Virus record (IMG/VR): IMGVR_UViG_3300037067_009230
Coordinates: 1-64,000 of that record
Source of the DNA: a virus
Lineage: Duplodnaviria; Caudoviricetes
DNA length: 64,000 bases
Reading direction: 5' to 3' (one strand)
Shown: piece by piece, positions 28,860-38,039 of the stretch
How positions within the stretch are numbered: position 1 is the stretch's first letter
Layout: every line of letters starts with the position of its first letter
The notes under the pieces: model-generated
What the model saw: only the letters and a program-made list of their open reading frames with translations
Databases searched by the model: none
Told to the model about the DNA's origin: nothing
Program-made: the position numbers and the translations under genes

Positions 28860-29132
28860 ATGAAAACTTTAGAAAATTTAATCAACGAAAAAACCTACCA
28901 AGTCATTGACCAAGTTTCAAATCGCTTCAATTTTTGCGAATTAGTCGACATTGACAAACAACTTATTGAATATGCTGAAAATGGCACAGAATACGAATTA
29001 ACTGAACAATTACCAGAAGATGTAAAAAGAGCAGTTGATACAATGATTACAAACGATGTAAAAATTGAAGATTTTACAGGTGTTGTAAGATTTGAAAATG
29101 AAGATACTACTTATTATTTATTGACTTGGTAA
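28860..29132 (+). CDS. Hypothetical acidic protein
   Basis: Start reassigned to MKTLENL after AACCAAAAAATCAATCATT. Confidence 0.7.
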   Translation: MKTLENLINEKTYQVIDQVSNRFNFCELVDIDKQLIEYAENGTEYELTEQLPEDVKRAVDTMITNDVKIEDFTGVVRFENEDTTYYLLTW

Positions 29133-29133
29133 T

Positions 29134-29319
29134 ATGCTAAAACTTGAAGAAATAAGGGCGTTTTTAACCGAACGCCCTCTTCTTACTCAACGAGGTTTGA
29201 GTTTAGAAAGTGGCATATCTGACAGCCTTTTAGGCAAGATTTTAAGAGGTCAAAGAAATATGACCGAAGATGTTTCCGACAAGTTAGAACCGATACTCCG
29301 CAAGTACGGGTTTAAATAG
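29134..29319 (+). CDS. XRE/Cro-like HTH protein
   Basis: LTQRGLSLESGISDSLLGKILRGQR. Confidence 0.8.
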   Translation: MLKLEEIRAFLTERPLLTQRGLSLESGISDSLLGKILRGQRNMTEDVSDKLEPILRKYGFK

Positions 29320-29320
29320 C

Positions 29321-29450
29321 AGTTAACGTTAAATGTTTGTGCAGTTGGGGATTATAAACCACTGCACTGTCAAAATAGTACTAACTTAATAAATACAGAT
29401 TATGAGCGAATTAGCACAAGACCCCCAATTGCATAAACATATTGTTGTGC
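29321..29450. mobile_element. attC-like site (array 2)
   Basis: AGTTAAC-G...ATGTTTGTGCAGTTGGGG / CCCCAATTGCATAAACAT...GTTGTGC. Confidence 0.8.
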
Positions 29451-29704
29451 GTAGTTATTTATCATTCTTTGCAGAAAAACACAAGTGCCACATTGATAAA
29501 ATAATGGTTGGAATGGTTGGGGGTGATTTGCATGTATGGAAATACGACGAAGGCGCAGCAAATATTTTTACACAACTCGAAATCATATCCAATTTTGAGA
29601 CTGATGATAGAAAATGGATTTGTCAATTATGTGGCGAATTAGTTAACGGTAGAAATGTAACATTTGAAGAATATCACGAAGGTTGTGGTGGCCTCTGTGT
29701 ATAA
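29402..29704 (+). CDS. Cassette-borne protein with C-terminal Zn-finger-like motif (array 2)
   Basis: Starts inside the attC loop; CQLCG...H.GCGG; cassette ends GTTGTGCGTA / TACGCACAAC are complementary. Confidence 0.75.
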   Translation: MSELAQDPQLHKHIVVRSYLSFFAEKHKCHIDKIMVGMVGGDLHVWKYDEGAANIFTQLEIISNFETDDRKWICQLCGELVNGRNVTFEEYHEGCGGLCV

Positions 29705-29708
29705 TTAC

Positions 29709-29768
29709 GCACAACTAGCTAGTAAACCTACTAAAAGTATGTTTACTATACAAAAATCAGTAAATAAA
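29709..29768. mobile_element. attI-like anchor site, copy 2
   Basis: Two mismatches to copy 1 over 53 bp. Confidence 0.7.
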
Positions 29769-29783
29769 CAAAAAATTAAAGTC

Positions 29784-30337
29784 ATGAAAACAAAATTAAC
29801 AGAAGCACAGAAGCAAGCTAATAAAGAGGCTAAACGAGCTAAAATAAAAGCTGAAAAAAGATTAAAAGAATAGAAGCTGAAAAAACCCAACCAGATGTAA
29901 AGGATATTACAATTACTATTGAATGGAAAAAGTCTCGGACATGGGGCGCAAATCCACACGCAACGGCAGCCGTAAATTTTAAAGATAAAACAGCAGGCGA
30001 ATTTAAAACAGGTTTTTACCGTTCTCCTGAAGGTAATTATACTTGTTCTGGGTGTGGGTACGATAAAGAAAGTACGGTTATTGCTCAGATATTTAATGAC
30101 TTTCTGAAATACAAACTTTGGAGGCTTAGCCCTGAAAAATTAAAAGGTGGAAATGGATCCTTAGATAAAGGTCCGGCTCCATATGGAATTCATTTATATT
30201 CTGAAAATGAACCTTATTATGATGGAGGTATTGGAACAAGTTGCTATTATAATATCTCTGAATACATTGGTGGTAAATTTGAATGCATTGCAAGTGGTAA
30301 AACGTTTGATGTTTATAAATATACTGATAACGAATAA
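29784..30337 (+). pseudogene. Frameshifted hypothetical gene
   Basis: Frame stops at TTA AAA GAA TAG; the -1 frame continues RIEAEKTQPDVKDITITIEWKKS...GCGYDKEST to TAA at 30337. Confidence 0.65.
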
Positions 30338-30417
30338 AGTTTTTGCCTGTTACAAGTCAGGGATTAATACAGAGTATCCCCCAGATAAGGGGGTAATGTA
30401 ACCAAAAATTAAAAGAT

Positions 30418-30723
30418 ATGAAAACAGATAATCAAGTTACGGATGTAATTTTCCGTAAGTTTAAGGATGGAGATATAATAGCCTTATTTCCATATGAAAT
30501 TGATAATTATCATGGTGACTGTCTAAGTTATATGCATATTGGACAACATGGCGGAGCTAATTACTGGCATTGCTTAACAATAACTAAGCCAGCAATGATA
30601 AATGAATATGAGCCATTGATGCGGGAACTTATTTCTATTGGATATGAACTAAGAATAAGACAAAAAATAAATTACAAAGTGTTTTTATCTGCTATGAAAA
30701 TATTTAGAGATAAATATAATTAA
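30418..30723 (+). CDS. Hypothetical phage protein
   Basis: 101 aa; VIFRKF...IIALFP and SYMHIGQHG motifs. Confidence 0.75.
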   Translation: MKTDNQVTDVIFRKFKDGDIIALFPYEIDNYHGDCLSYMHIGQHGGANYWHCLTITKPAMINEYEPLMRELISIGYELRIRQKINYKVFLSAMKIFRDKYN

Positions 30724-30743
30724 CTAACCTAATACTTAACATT

Positions 30744-31127
30744 ATGAACTACAATGATCTAATAAACAAAATTTACCAAAAGACCATCGAAAATCAGTTT
30801 TATGTTGTAAATATTGAAGGTAAGGAACCTGTTACGGGCTATACTGTAAGCACAATTGGCAATGAATTAAGGATTAAATTAAGTGATTTTACACCCGAAA
30901 AAATTGATAAATATATTAAAACAAAGCTACTTAGGTATCCTTATGCCTATTTTGGTACATGGATCTTAGATGATACGGTATATATTGATGTTTTATATTA
31001 TACAGAATGCAAAGCTATTGCCATCGAAGCTGGAAAAATGTTTGGCCAAGTATGTATCTGGGATATCTCTAGTAAACAAGAAATATATTGGCTATCTGAG
31101 GCATTATTTGAATATAGTTTAAATTAA
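30744..31127 (+). CDS. Hypothetical phage protein
   Basis: 127 aa; GTW...VYIDV and Q.CIWD motifs. Confidence 0.75.
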   Translation: MNYNDLINKIYQKTIENQFYVVNIEGKEPVTGYTVSTIGNELRIKLSDFTPEKIDKYIKTKLLRYPYAYFGTWILDDTVYIDVLYYTECKAIAIEAGKMFGQVCIWDISSKQEIYWLSEALFEYSLN

Positions 31128-31170
31128 CCGGACTATGGAGCATGAGGCAGTCCGATTCTGCCTCCGGTTC
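31126..31170 (+). ncRNA. tRNA-like minihelix (acceptor + T arm, no anticodon arm)
   Basis: AACCGGA / 13-nt linker with TATGG / GGCAG-TCCGATT-CTGCC / TCCGGTT. Confidence 0.55.
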
Positions 31171-31205
31171 AAATGTTTTTAGTATTAACCAAAAAATCAA
31201 TCATT

Positions 31206-31304
31206 ATGAAAACTTTACTTATTCTTTTAATCGTATTTGTTGCTATATGCCTTCTAGGTATATTATACAACGGTTACACATGCTTCAAACAACTGTTTAA
31301 ATAA
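31206..31304 (+). CDS. 32-aa membrane peptide
   Basis: MKTLLILLIVFVAICLLGILY; same upstream motif as 28860. Confidence 0.55.
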   Translation: MKTLLILLIVFVAICLLGILYNGYTCFKQLFK

Positions 31305-31380
31305 CAGAGTGTCAAAGAACTACAGTATTTAAATATACTTAAAATTTCAATATGTTTAATTAAAAAAGTTGAAAAAAATT

Positions 31381-31881
31381 ATGAAAAAGTACAAATTGAC
31401 TAATCAGGAATTGCAGACTTACAAGGACTGCCAATGGGAAATCGGCGTATCAAAAACAACATCCGGAGAAGGTAATTTATGTTCCTCCGGATGGTTACAT
31501 TATTATGATAATCCTTTATTAGCCATCTTATTAAATCCTATTCATGCAGATATTAAAAATCCACGACTTTTTGAATGTAAGGCTGAAGGTAAACATCTTA
31601 GTGATAGAGGATTAAAAGGGGGTTGTACAAAAATGACTTTAATTAAAGAAATTACAGTCCCTGAAATTTCCAAAGAACAAAAAATTGCTTTTGGGATTCT
31701 TTGTTCTTTGGAAGTATATAAAGAAACAAAATATAAGAAGTGGGCTGAAAATTGGCTAAATAATACCGACAGGTCAGCAGATGCTGCTTATGCTTATGCT
31801 TATGCTGCTTATGCTGCTTATGCTTATGCTGCTGATGTTATAGATTTAATTAAAATAGCTGAAAAAGCTATGAAATATTAA
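31381..31881 (+). CDS. Hypothetical protein with Ala/Tyr low-complexity repeat
   Basis: ADAAYAYAYAAYAAYAYAAD encoded by GCT/TAT tandem repeats. Confidence 0.75.
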   Translation: MKKYKLTNQELQTYKDCQWEIGVSKTTSGEGNLCSSGWLHYYDNPLLAILLNPIHADIKNPRLFECKAEGKHLSDRGLKGGCTKMTLIKEITVPEISKEQKIAFGILCSLEVYKETKYKKWAENWLNNTDRSADAAYAYAYAAYAAYAYAADVIDLIKIAEKAMKY

Positions 31882-31888
31882 AGTAAAT

Positions 31889-31933
31889 AACCCTGTATGG
31901 TACTCGATCAGGTTCGACTCCTGATCCGGGTTC
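31889..31933 (+). ncRNA. tRNA-like minihelix
   Basis: AACCCTG / TATGGTACTCG linker / ATCAGG-TTCGACT-CCTGAT / CCGGGTT. Confidence 0.55.
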
Positions 31934-31934
31934 A

Positions 31935-32201
31935 ATGAGTAATATTACTCAGTTATTTAAATTTATTGATATGAAAATAGAACATTTTGAATCCAAAGAA
32001 TCTGGCAAAGTTTCTTTAGTATGCCAAGATCCATTATTTAATCAATGGAATAATTTAAAACAATTAATGTCAAAGGCTGTAAGTATTCGTGAGTGGAATA
32101 TTTTACGGGGGCTGGCTAAACTTACCTATCCAATTGAATTAATAAATAGACTGGATGCTTCTGGCTTTATCGTTTCCTTAAATCTTAAAAATGAGAAATA
32201 A
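31935..32201 (+). CDS. Hypothetical protein
   Basis: 88-aa ORF. Confidence 0.65.
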   Translation: MSNITQLFKFIDMKIEHFESKESGKVSLVCQDPLFNQWNNLKQLMSKAVSIREWNILRGLAKLTYPIELINRLDASGFIVSLNLKNEK

Positions 32202-32743
32202 TGGAAAAGGAAACAGTAACAATTGAGATTCTAAATCGAGCTATTGAAGTAGAGCCAGTAACTGCTATACATCCAAAGGGTGTAAAAATATTCATGGAGA
32301 GAATCATAGGTACCACAAAGTATCTTTCAAACAACAGAAAGATCTTATATGATGTATCCTTCATTAGTTTGTATAATTACAATAATAAAATTATTGATGG
32401 GTGTTTTGCGATTGATGGGTTTGTCTATAAAATTGATGCATGGGCTTCCATAGATTTTCCGGATAGATTCTTACAGATACTGGATAAAAATGTACCAGAA
32501 TGTAGGGGTATATGTTTTTATCTTGATAATAAACTCTATGCTGAGAATGTACCATTTCTCAAATGTGATGATATGCAAGACCATCTTCTTACCCAAAGAA
32601 ATGATGGTCTGATGTGGTTCAACAAGTTAAAAATTGTGGACAAATCAGGAAACAAGACAGTATTTTACCCTTCCATCAAAGCAAAGAAACTTCATGATCA
32701 ATTTAAAACGCAAAAAGAAGGATATAGTACCACAGAAGCCTGA
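32201..32743 (+). CDS. Hypothetical protein
   Basis: 180-aa ORF coupled to the upstream gene. Confidence 0.7.
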   Translation: MEKETVTIEILNRAIEVEPVTAIHPKGVKIFMERIIGTTKYLSNNRKILYDVSFISLYNYNNKIIDGCFAIDGFVYKIDAWASIDFPDRFLQILDKNVPECRGICFYLDNKLYAENVPFLKCDDMQDHLLTQRNDGLMWFNKLKIVDKSGNKTVFYPSIKAKKLHDQFKTQKEGYSTTEA

Positions 32744-32858
32744 TATTAAAGTTGCTTATTATGGGTTCCATTGCCCTATTTGTGGAGTTTACGTACCAGC
32801 CGGGACTAATTATTTAAACTTTAATGGGTTTAAAATGTGTATTAAAGAGTCTAATTAA
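32694..32858 (+). CDS. Small Zn-finger-like protein
   Basis: HCPICG motif; overlaps the upstream gene by 50 nt. Confidence 0.4.
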   Translation: MINLKRKKKDIVPQKPDIKVAYYGFHCPICGVYVPAGTNYLNFNGFKMCIKESN

Positions 32859-32922
32859 TTAGCCTCTTATCGAATAAACAGTAAATTGTATGTAAAAACA
32901 TCTATATTAGTAGATAATTATT

Positions 32923-32966
32923 AAACAAAAAGGGGGTAAGATTGATTTCTTACCCCCTTTTTGTTT
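32923..32966. terminator. Bidirectional terminator between convergent modules
   Basis: AAACAAAAAGGGGGTAAGA / TCTTACCCCCTTTTTGTTT perfect inverted repeat. Confidence 0.9.
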
Positions 32967-32972
32967 TAAATT

Positions 32973-33416
32973 TTAAAGAGACTCTTTTAATAAAATCTTT
33001 GATTCTGTTAATATCTGTTTTCTCCGATTCTTTAACTTAATGATTGTAGTATCAATCATAGCCAGTAAAGTATTTCTATCCAGTTCAAAAAATATTGTAA
33101 GTAACCCCGTATTTTGTAACTCATTTGGGATATAAACTCTTTGAAATCCTACTGGTTGAGTAACCTCTGCCTCAGATGTATTATCACCTGTATGAACCAT
33201 CTCCAGAGGTTGCCCACAATTATTAGCCGGGTAAATAGGACTGATAATAGGTCGGGCACCGTTATTAGGAAGGGTTTCCATAATAATGTCACCGTTTACA
33301 ATGTCACAATTTATCATAGTTTTACCAAATAAACCTAATTTGGCTATCCTATAATCAATAAATTTAAGTTCCTCATCCAAGTTCCCAGCCTTATTTAAAA
33401 ATTTTCTCAGTTGCAT
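32973..33416 (-). CDS. Hypothetical protein
   Basis: 147-aa ORF. Confidence 0.7.
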   Translation of the reverse strand: MQLRKFLNKAGNLDEELKFIDYRIAKLGLFGKTMINCDIVNGDIIMETLPNNGARPIISPIYPANNCGQPLEMVHTGDNTSEAEVTQPVGFQRVYIPNELQNTGLLTIFFELDRNTLLAMIDTTIIKLKNRRKQILTESKILLKESL

Positions 33417-33420
33417 AATA

Positions 33421-34425
33421 TTAGTCTTTATATACTGTACCTCTATATATTTTCATGTTACTCATAGCAAAATCTTTTCCAGATGTCTCAATTAACGCAA
33501 ATCCCTGATTCCATTTATTTATAGGATTCCATTCCGGATGAAGTCCACAAAGACACCCAATAGACCACCAGCTCATAAGTTTCTCGTTTATGTCAAGTTC
33601 TGAATGAGCACTGGATCTATGATGATGAGACACCACAGCAGAACTAAGAGTTTTTAAGAATAAACCTCTGGCCGGATTAACTGGAGAAGCTGCCCCACCC
33701 TGTAATTCATGCCCATGAACCCAAGGTAATCTCCCAGTATATATAATCTGATGTTCAATAACATCAACATTTTCAATCCCCCTGATCTTAATTATATTCT
33801 CAAATTTATATTCTTCCATATCAAGTAACTCAGGTGCCTTTACTCTTAAATAATTTTCCCATCGTTCTTCATGATTACCAAGTTTCCAGTAAATCTTTAC
33901 GTCTGGAAAAGTTTTTTGAAGTATATTAAGAAATTCAACCCACATCCATAGTTCATCACTAAAAGATCTATTTCTCATATCCTTATTAAATTTGGATAAT
34001 TGATAACAATCAAGACCATCCCCATTGATCAGTATAAAATTTATCTTTCGATGTCCTATTGTATAATCTATCATTGCATTAATAGCCTCAACATTATGAT
34101 ATGGAAAATGAGAATCTGAAAATACTAATCCATTATTAAACCTTTCTGGTATATGAATAGGATTCCATGTAGTTTCATCTGATTCAGGAATCGCAAATGG
34201 GTTTAAAGATCCAGCCTCTTTAAGATATTTATTAGTACTTAATCTTTTTCTGTCATTATTACCATTTTGCCCTCTATAATACCTAATTATATTCCTAGCG
34301 GATTCTACATTTAAAAATATGGTAGAATTTTCTGTATAAATCTTTTTAGCTAAAGTAAGGGAAGGAACATTTGGAAATCTTTCTAAGTATTCTTTTACTA
34401 CAATACCTGTTATTTTTTTATTCAT
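33421..34425 (-). CDS. Calcineurin-like metallophosphoesterase with N-terminal HTH-like region
   Basis: SDSHFPYH, INGDGLD, GNHE, HGHE, SHHH motifs. Confidence 0.85.
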   Translation of the reverse strand: MNKKITGIVVKEYLERFPNVPSLTLAKKIYTENSTIFLNVESARNIIRYYRGQNGNNDRKRLSTNKYLKEAGSLNPFAIPESDETTWNPIHIPERFNNGLVFSDSHFPYHNVEAINAMIDYTIGHRKINFILINGDGLDCYQLSKFNKDMRNRSFSDELWMWVEFLNILQKTFPDVKIYWKLGNHEERWENYLRVKAPELLDMEEYKFENIIKIRGIENVDVIEHQIIYTGRLPWVHGHELQGGAASPVNPARGLFLKTLSSAVVSHHHRSSAHSELDINEKLMSWWSIGCLCGLHPEWNPINKWNQGFALIETSGKDFAMSNMKIYRGTVYKD

Positions 34426-34464
34426 AACGTTAAGTTTAATAAGTATTTACAAATATACTACTAT

Positions 34465-35811
34465 TTAGTAAACTATGAATAAATTTTTACTAGGCCTTGT
34501 ACAATTTGTATAATAAATTCTATTTCTTTCATACACATTATAATTAGTTTCAATATCCCATTTTAGAACATAAGCATTTTCATAAGTACTACCCTGTGCC
34601 TTATGAGCTGTAATAGCATATGAATATTTTACTTGATGCCATTGTTGGAGAAAATTATAATAGTCTACCCATGCAGATCTGGATTGATACGACCCCTGAG
34701 AATAACTTTTAGCTAAAGCTACTTGTAAAGTGCAGAGTTTATTAAAAGTTGCTTCTGAATCCTCATGTATAATTCGGAGCATATACTCATTATATTTCTC
34801 ATAAGTATATACTCGAACTTGAGTGTTATAATATTTTAAGGTGTATTCATCATTTAAGACTTCTTGCATGACAGTTGCCGATAAAACTTCCATCTCCTCA
34901 TTTGTATTAATTAATGTATGCTTATCTTTTATAACTGGACCATCAGCAATTAATTTATCTCCTTTTATAATTTTTGGAATATCTACTCCAAAAATATATT
35001 CTCGAATTCTTTTATTATAATCATCAATAGTATTGTTTCTCCATCCTATTACTTTTATGTAATCAATAGATCTTTCATAGTTTGGACTTGTAAACATTGG
35101 AAGAATCTTATTGATAAAATATTCTTCTTCTTTGTCCTTTTTTATTGGAAAAACCCCTCCCAGATCATTCTTAACCTCCTGAGGATTCAATATTTGAACC
35201 GGGGCATGTATCCTTGTCCTAATATTAGTGGCATTTTCAATTATAGGATTACCAGCTGCTTGTCTAATAATAGAATTAAGAGAACTTGTTTCAATTCCAT
35301 ATTTTAATCTAACCTCCTTATTAAACGGTAAAGAAGATTCTTGACCTACCGGGGGAATCTGTAAAGGATCTCCAACCAGTATAATTTTCTTCCCATTTTC
35401 AGATAAAGGAATTAAAGTTTCAAATATTATATCATTAATCATTGAAACCTCATCAACTATAATATGGGTATATTCATCTGCTGGAAATCCTAATGAATGA
35501 TCCGGCTTAAATGATAAGGTTCCATCATTATTAATAACTTGTCTCATCCCAAGTGCTGCGTGGATGGTACTAAACGTCACATCACATTTAATCATATCTT
35601 TGAGTACTTTGACAGCCTTATGGGTGGGGGCTGTTACAATTACACGACATTTATTTTTTTTAATATATCGTACAATTTCATCAAGTAAATATGTTTTACC
35701 AGTTCCGGCATATCCTTGTAATAAATATATTCCTCCCCCATCTAATTTTAAGAACATTAAAATAGCTTCATATGCTTTTGGTTGATCTCCGAGTAAGTTT
35801 TTTTCTTCCAT
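34465..35811 (-). CDS. Dda/RecD-like SF1B DNA helicase
   Basis: GYAGTGKT, IIVDEVSM, LVGDPLQIPPV, YAITAHKAQGSTY. Confidence 0.9.
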   Translation of the reverse strand: MEEKNLLGDQPKAYEAILMFLKLDGGGIYLLQGYAGTGKTYLLDEIVRYIKKNKCRVIVTAPTHKAVKVLKDMIKCDVTFSTIHAALGMRQVINNDGTLSFKPDHSLGFPADEYTHIIVDEVSMINDIIFETLIPLSENGKKIILVGDPLQIPPVGQESSLPFNKEVRLKYGIETSSLNSIIRQAAGNPIIENATNIRTRIHAPVQILNPQEVKNDLGGVFPIKKDKEEEYFINKILPMFTSPNYERSIDYIKVIGWRNNTIDDYNKRIREYIFGVDIPKIIKGDKLIADGPVIKDKHTLINTNEEMEVLSATVMQEVLNDEYTLKYYNTQVRVYTYEKYNEYMLRIIHEDSEATFNKLCTLQVALAKSYSQGSYQSRSAWVDYYNFLQQWHQVKYSYAITAHKAQGSTYENAYVLKWDIETNYNVYERNRIYYTNCTRPSKNLFIVY

Positions 35812-35900
35812 TTGCTATAATTGTTAATATCAATCTACATAATAAAGTTAGAGTACAGAAAATTATTATAACTACAATACCTATTGTAATTGAGAAAAAA

Positions 35901-36341
35901 TTAAATATTGCTCTCATGACTAAAATAGGGATTTGCTTGTTTTGATAATCTATCTACAATCCTTTGTCTAGGGTTCGATCTTGGAACCCAATCAAAATGT
36001 ATCGATTTATCTTTCATGTAACTTAACATATTATTAATCTGAGCGTTAAGTTCTATCAGTTTAGGTGCACGCACTCTATATTTACCCTGTAATTGATGAA
36101 TTACTATCTCGGAATCACTAAATATTATAGCACCTGTTATGTTTTTCTTAAGTGTAAGGAGTTTTGACATAGCTGCTTTAATGGCTAAATACTCTGCCTC
36201 GTTATTACTTCCTAGATGTTCACCGGAAATCCTTAAAGTTAAAAAGGGTTTTATGCTTTTTTCATAAAAAAATGCCACACCCATACCCATCCTACCATCT
36301 AGGTAATAACAAGAACCATCACAATGAATGTGTATGATCAT
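35901..36341 (-). CDS. rnhA: Ribonuclease HI-like protein
   Basis: CDGSC, SNNEAEY, SDSEIVIHQL, WVPR..N..VDRLS. Confidence 0.9.
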   Translation of the reverse strand: MIIHIHCDGSCYYLDGRMGMGVAFFYEKSIKPFLTLRISGEHLGSNNEAEYLAIKAAMSKLLTLKKNITGAIIFSDSEIVIHQLQGKYRVRAPKLIELNAQINNMLSYMKDKSIHFDWVPRSNPRQRIVDRLSKQANPYFSHESNI

Positions 36342-37027
36342 AATAACTTCTGTTTTATTACTTGTAAATGGGCAGCTACAAAAAGATCTGCTAGAACATT
36401 AATAGTGATTGGCTGCCTCATTAATTCAGCCTGTTCTTTATTTGTATAGAATCCAGTCTCTGTAAGAATTGCAGGCATTCTAGTCTTAGTAAGAACATAA
36501 AATTTTGCCTCCTTATCTTTATCTCCATCTATCATATCAGCTCGCATTTGCCACCCCATATTAGAAAGATGATTATAAAATATATCAGCTATCGGATCTG
36601 ATTTTGTCTTTCCGGGAGATGTAAATACCTCAATACCGGATGCAGCGTGTGTTTTAAACGCATTAGCATGAATTGAATGATAGTAGCATTTAAATTTATG
36701 ATCTGATAAATATTGCATGGTATTATTAGCCCTTTCAACTCTTAAAGGCACTGTAATGTCATCATCCTCTGATACTATAATAGAATATGGAAGGTCTAGA
36801 TCATTTAATTTAGATGCATATGTCCATGCTAATGCCCTATTAAATACCCCCTCATAAAAAGTAAACTCAGGATATACATACATTTTTGATGGTGCAGTAG
36901 TATATACACAGTCTAATATCCCACCGTGTCCCGGATCTATAAGAGGTACAATTTTTGAATCTCTGCCATAATGATATGATGGTATCTGATTCTTTATATC
37001 ACTGATAATTTTAAGAAGTGCTTTCAT
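36338..37027 (-). CDS. N-acetylmuramoyl-L-alanine amidase (Amidase_3), endolysin
   Basis: IDPGHGG, YEG.FN, SIHANA, PAILTETGF. Confidence 0.9.
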   Translation of the reverse strand: MKALLKIISDIKNQIPSYHYGRDSKIVPLIDPGHGGILDCVYTTAPSKMYVYPEFTFYEGVFNRALAWTYASKLNDLDLPYSIIVSEDDDITVPLRVERANNTMQYLSDHKFKCYYHSIHANAFKTHAASGIEVFTSPGKTKSDPIADIFYNHLSNMGWQMRADMIDGDKDKEAKFYVLTKTRMPAILTETGFYTNKEQAELMRQPITINVLADLFVAAHLQVIKQKLL

Positions 37028-37572
37028 TTATAAATTTGTTTGAATAATTCATAACTGATATCCCTAAAGAATATGTCAGATTTAAATCCAATAATATCCA
37101 GATTCCACCCCATAAACTGTGCTGCTGTGTATCTCATCCATTCAATATGTTCGATTAAAACCATAGGAAAAAAGATATAATATAAATCTTTTGGCATGCC
37201 GTTCTCTCGAACCATCAAAAATGGTTTTTTCTTAGCAGCAACAGCATCATTTTTACACTGGATCATAAACCTGTATATGACAGAGTTAGTCCTAATGAAC
37301 GGTGCGGTCTTTTTTAATCCAAGGTTCTTATAGAACTTAGTCTCCACACTATAAGGGAAATCAAATTCTCTGTCTACATTAATAACATCTCCGCAAATAT
37401 CACCACGTTCTTTCCATCTTAATCCCCCGGACATAGGTACTCTAACAAATTCATGCCCGGTCCATTCCTGTAATAAATGAGTAACATTTAACTCATTTCT
37501 ATTCCCTTTGAGTTTACTATTAATCCTGTTATTTGTAAGTTTAATGTCAAATAAATCTTCGGCTACGTTCAT
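37024..37572 (-). CDS. PD-(D/E)xK Holliday junction resolvase-like nuclease
   Basis: KG.RNE, RVP.SGG, GDVI, SVETK. Confidence 0.75.
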   Translation of the reverse strand: MNVAEDLFDIKLTNNRINSKLKGNRNELNVTHLLQEWTGHEFVRVPMSGGLRWKERGDICGDVINVDREFDFPYSVETKFYKNLGLKKTAPFIRTNSVIYRFMIQCKNDAVAAKKKPFLMVRENGMPKDLYYIFFPMVLIEHIEWMRYTAAQFMGWNLDIIGFKSDIFFRDISYELFKQIYK

Positions 37573-38039
37573 AATACCTTATTTATGAAATAATGTTTCC
37601 AAAGTCTTTCCTGCTCTGTCTTATCACCACTGGTCTTAATCCAGTATAGTAAAGATAGGAAAAAATTATTCTTCCAACCCCCATTTTTATCAAACCATTT
37701 TTTAAACTCCTTTGTCTCATTCTCTTCCTTTACTTTTTTCTTACTATTCTTTTCCATTTCAAGTATTTTACTAACTTGGTCAGAAAAAGCAGCACCCCGA
37801 AGAGTAAATGGTCTATTTTTTGATTTGTTAAACTCTTTACATTCGGCTATCCACATATTACGATACTTAGTAAATAGTGCATCGGCTTCTTCACCTTCAG
37901 TATCCTTTAAATCGGACCGGTAAGTAAAAAATAAATTTATAAGTGTGGTAAGAGTCTCCTGTTTCTTTGCTCTTAATCTTCTAACAAATCTGGGATCTTT
38001 CTCCTTAGTTTCGTTTTGAACAACCTTTTTCTTTTCCAT
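37569..38039 (-). CDS. Hypothetical basic protein
   Basis: 156-aa ORF in an operon. Confidence 0.7.
   Translation of the reverse strand: MEKKKVVQNETKEKDPRFVRRLRAKKQETLTTLINLFFTYRSDLKDTEGEEADALFTKYRNMWIAECKEFNKSKNRPFTLRGAAFSDQVSKILEMEKNSKKKVKEENETKEFKKWFDKNGGWKNNFFLSLLYWIKTSGDKTEQERLWKHYFINKVL

Noticed and set aside
33421-34425. Metallophosphoesterase as an anti-CBASS/Thoeris enzyme
   Set aside because: A common phage family; nothing in the sequence indicates cyclic-nucleotide specificity.
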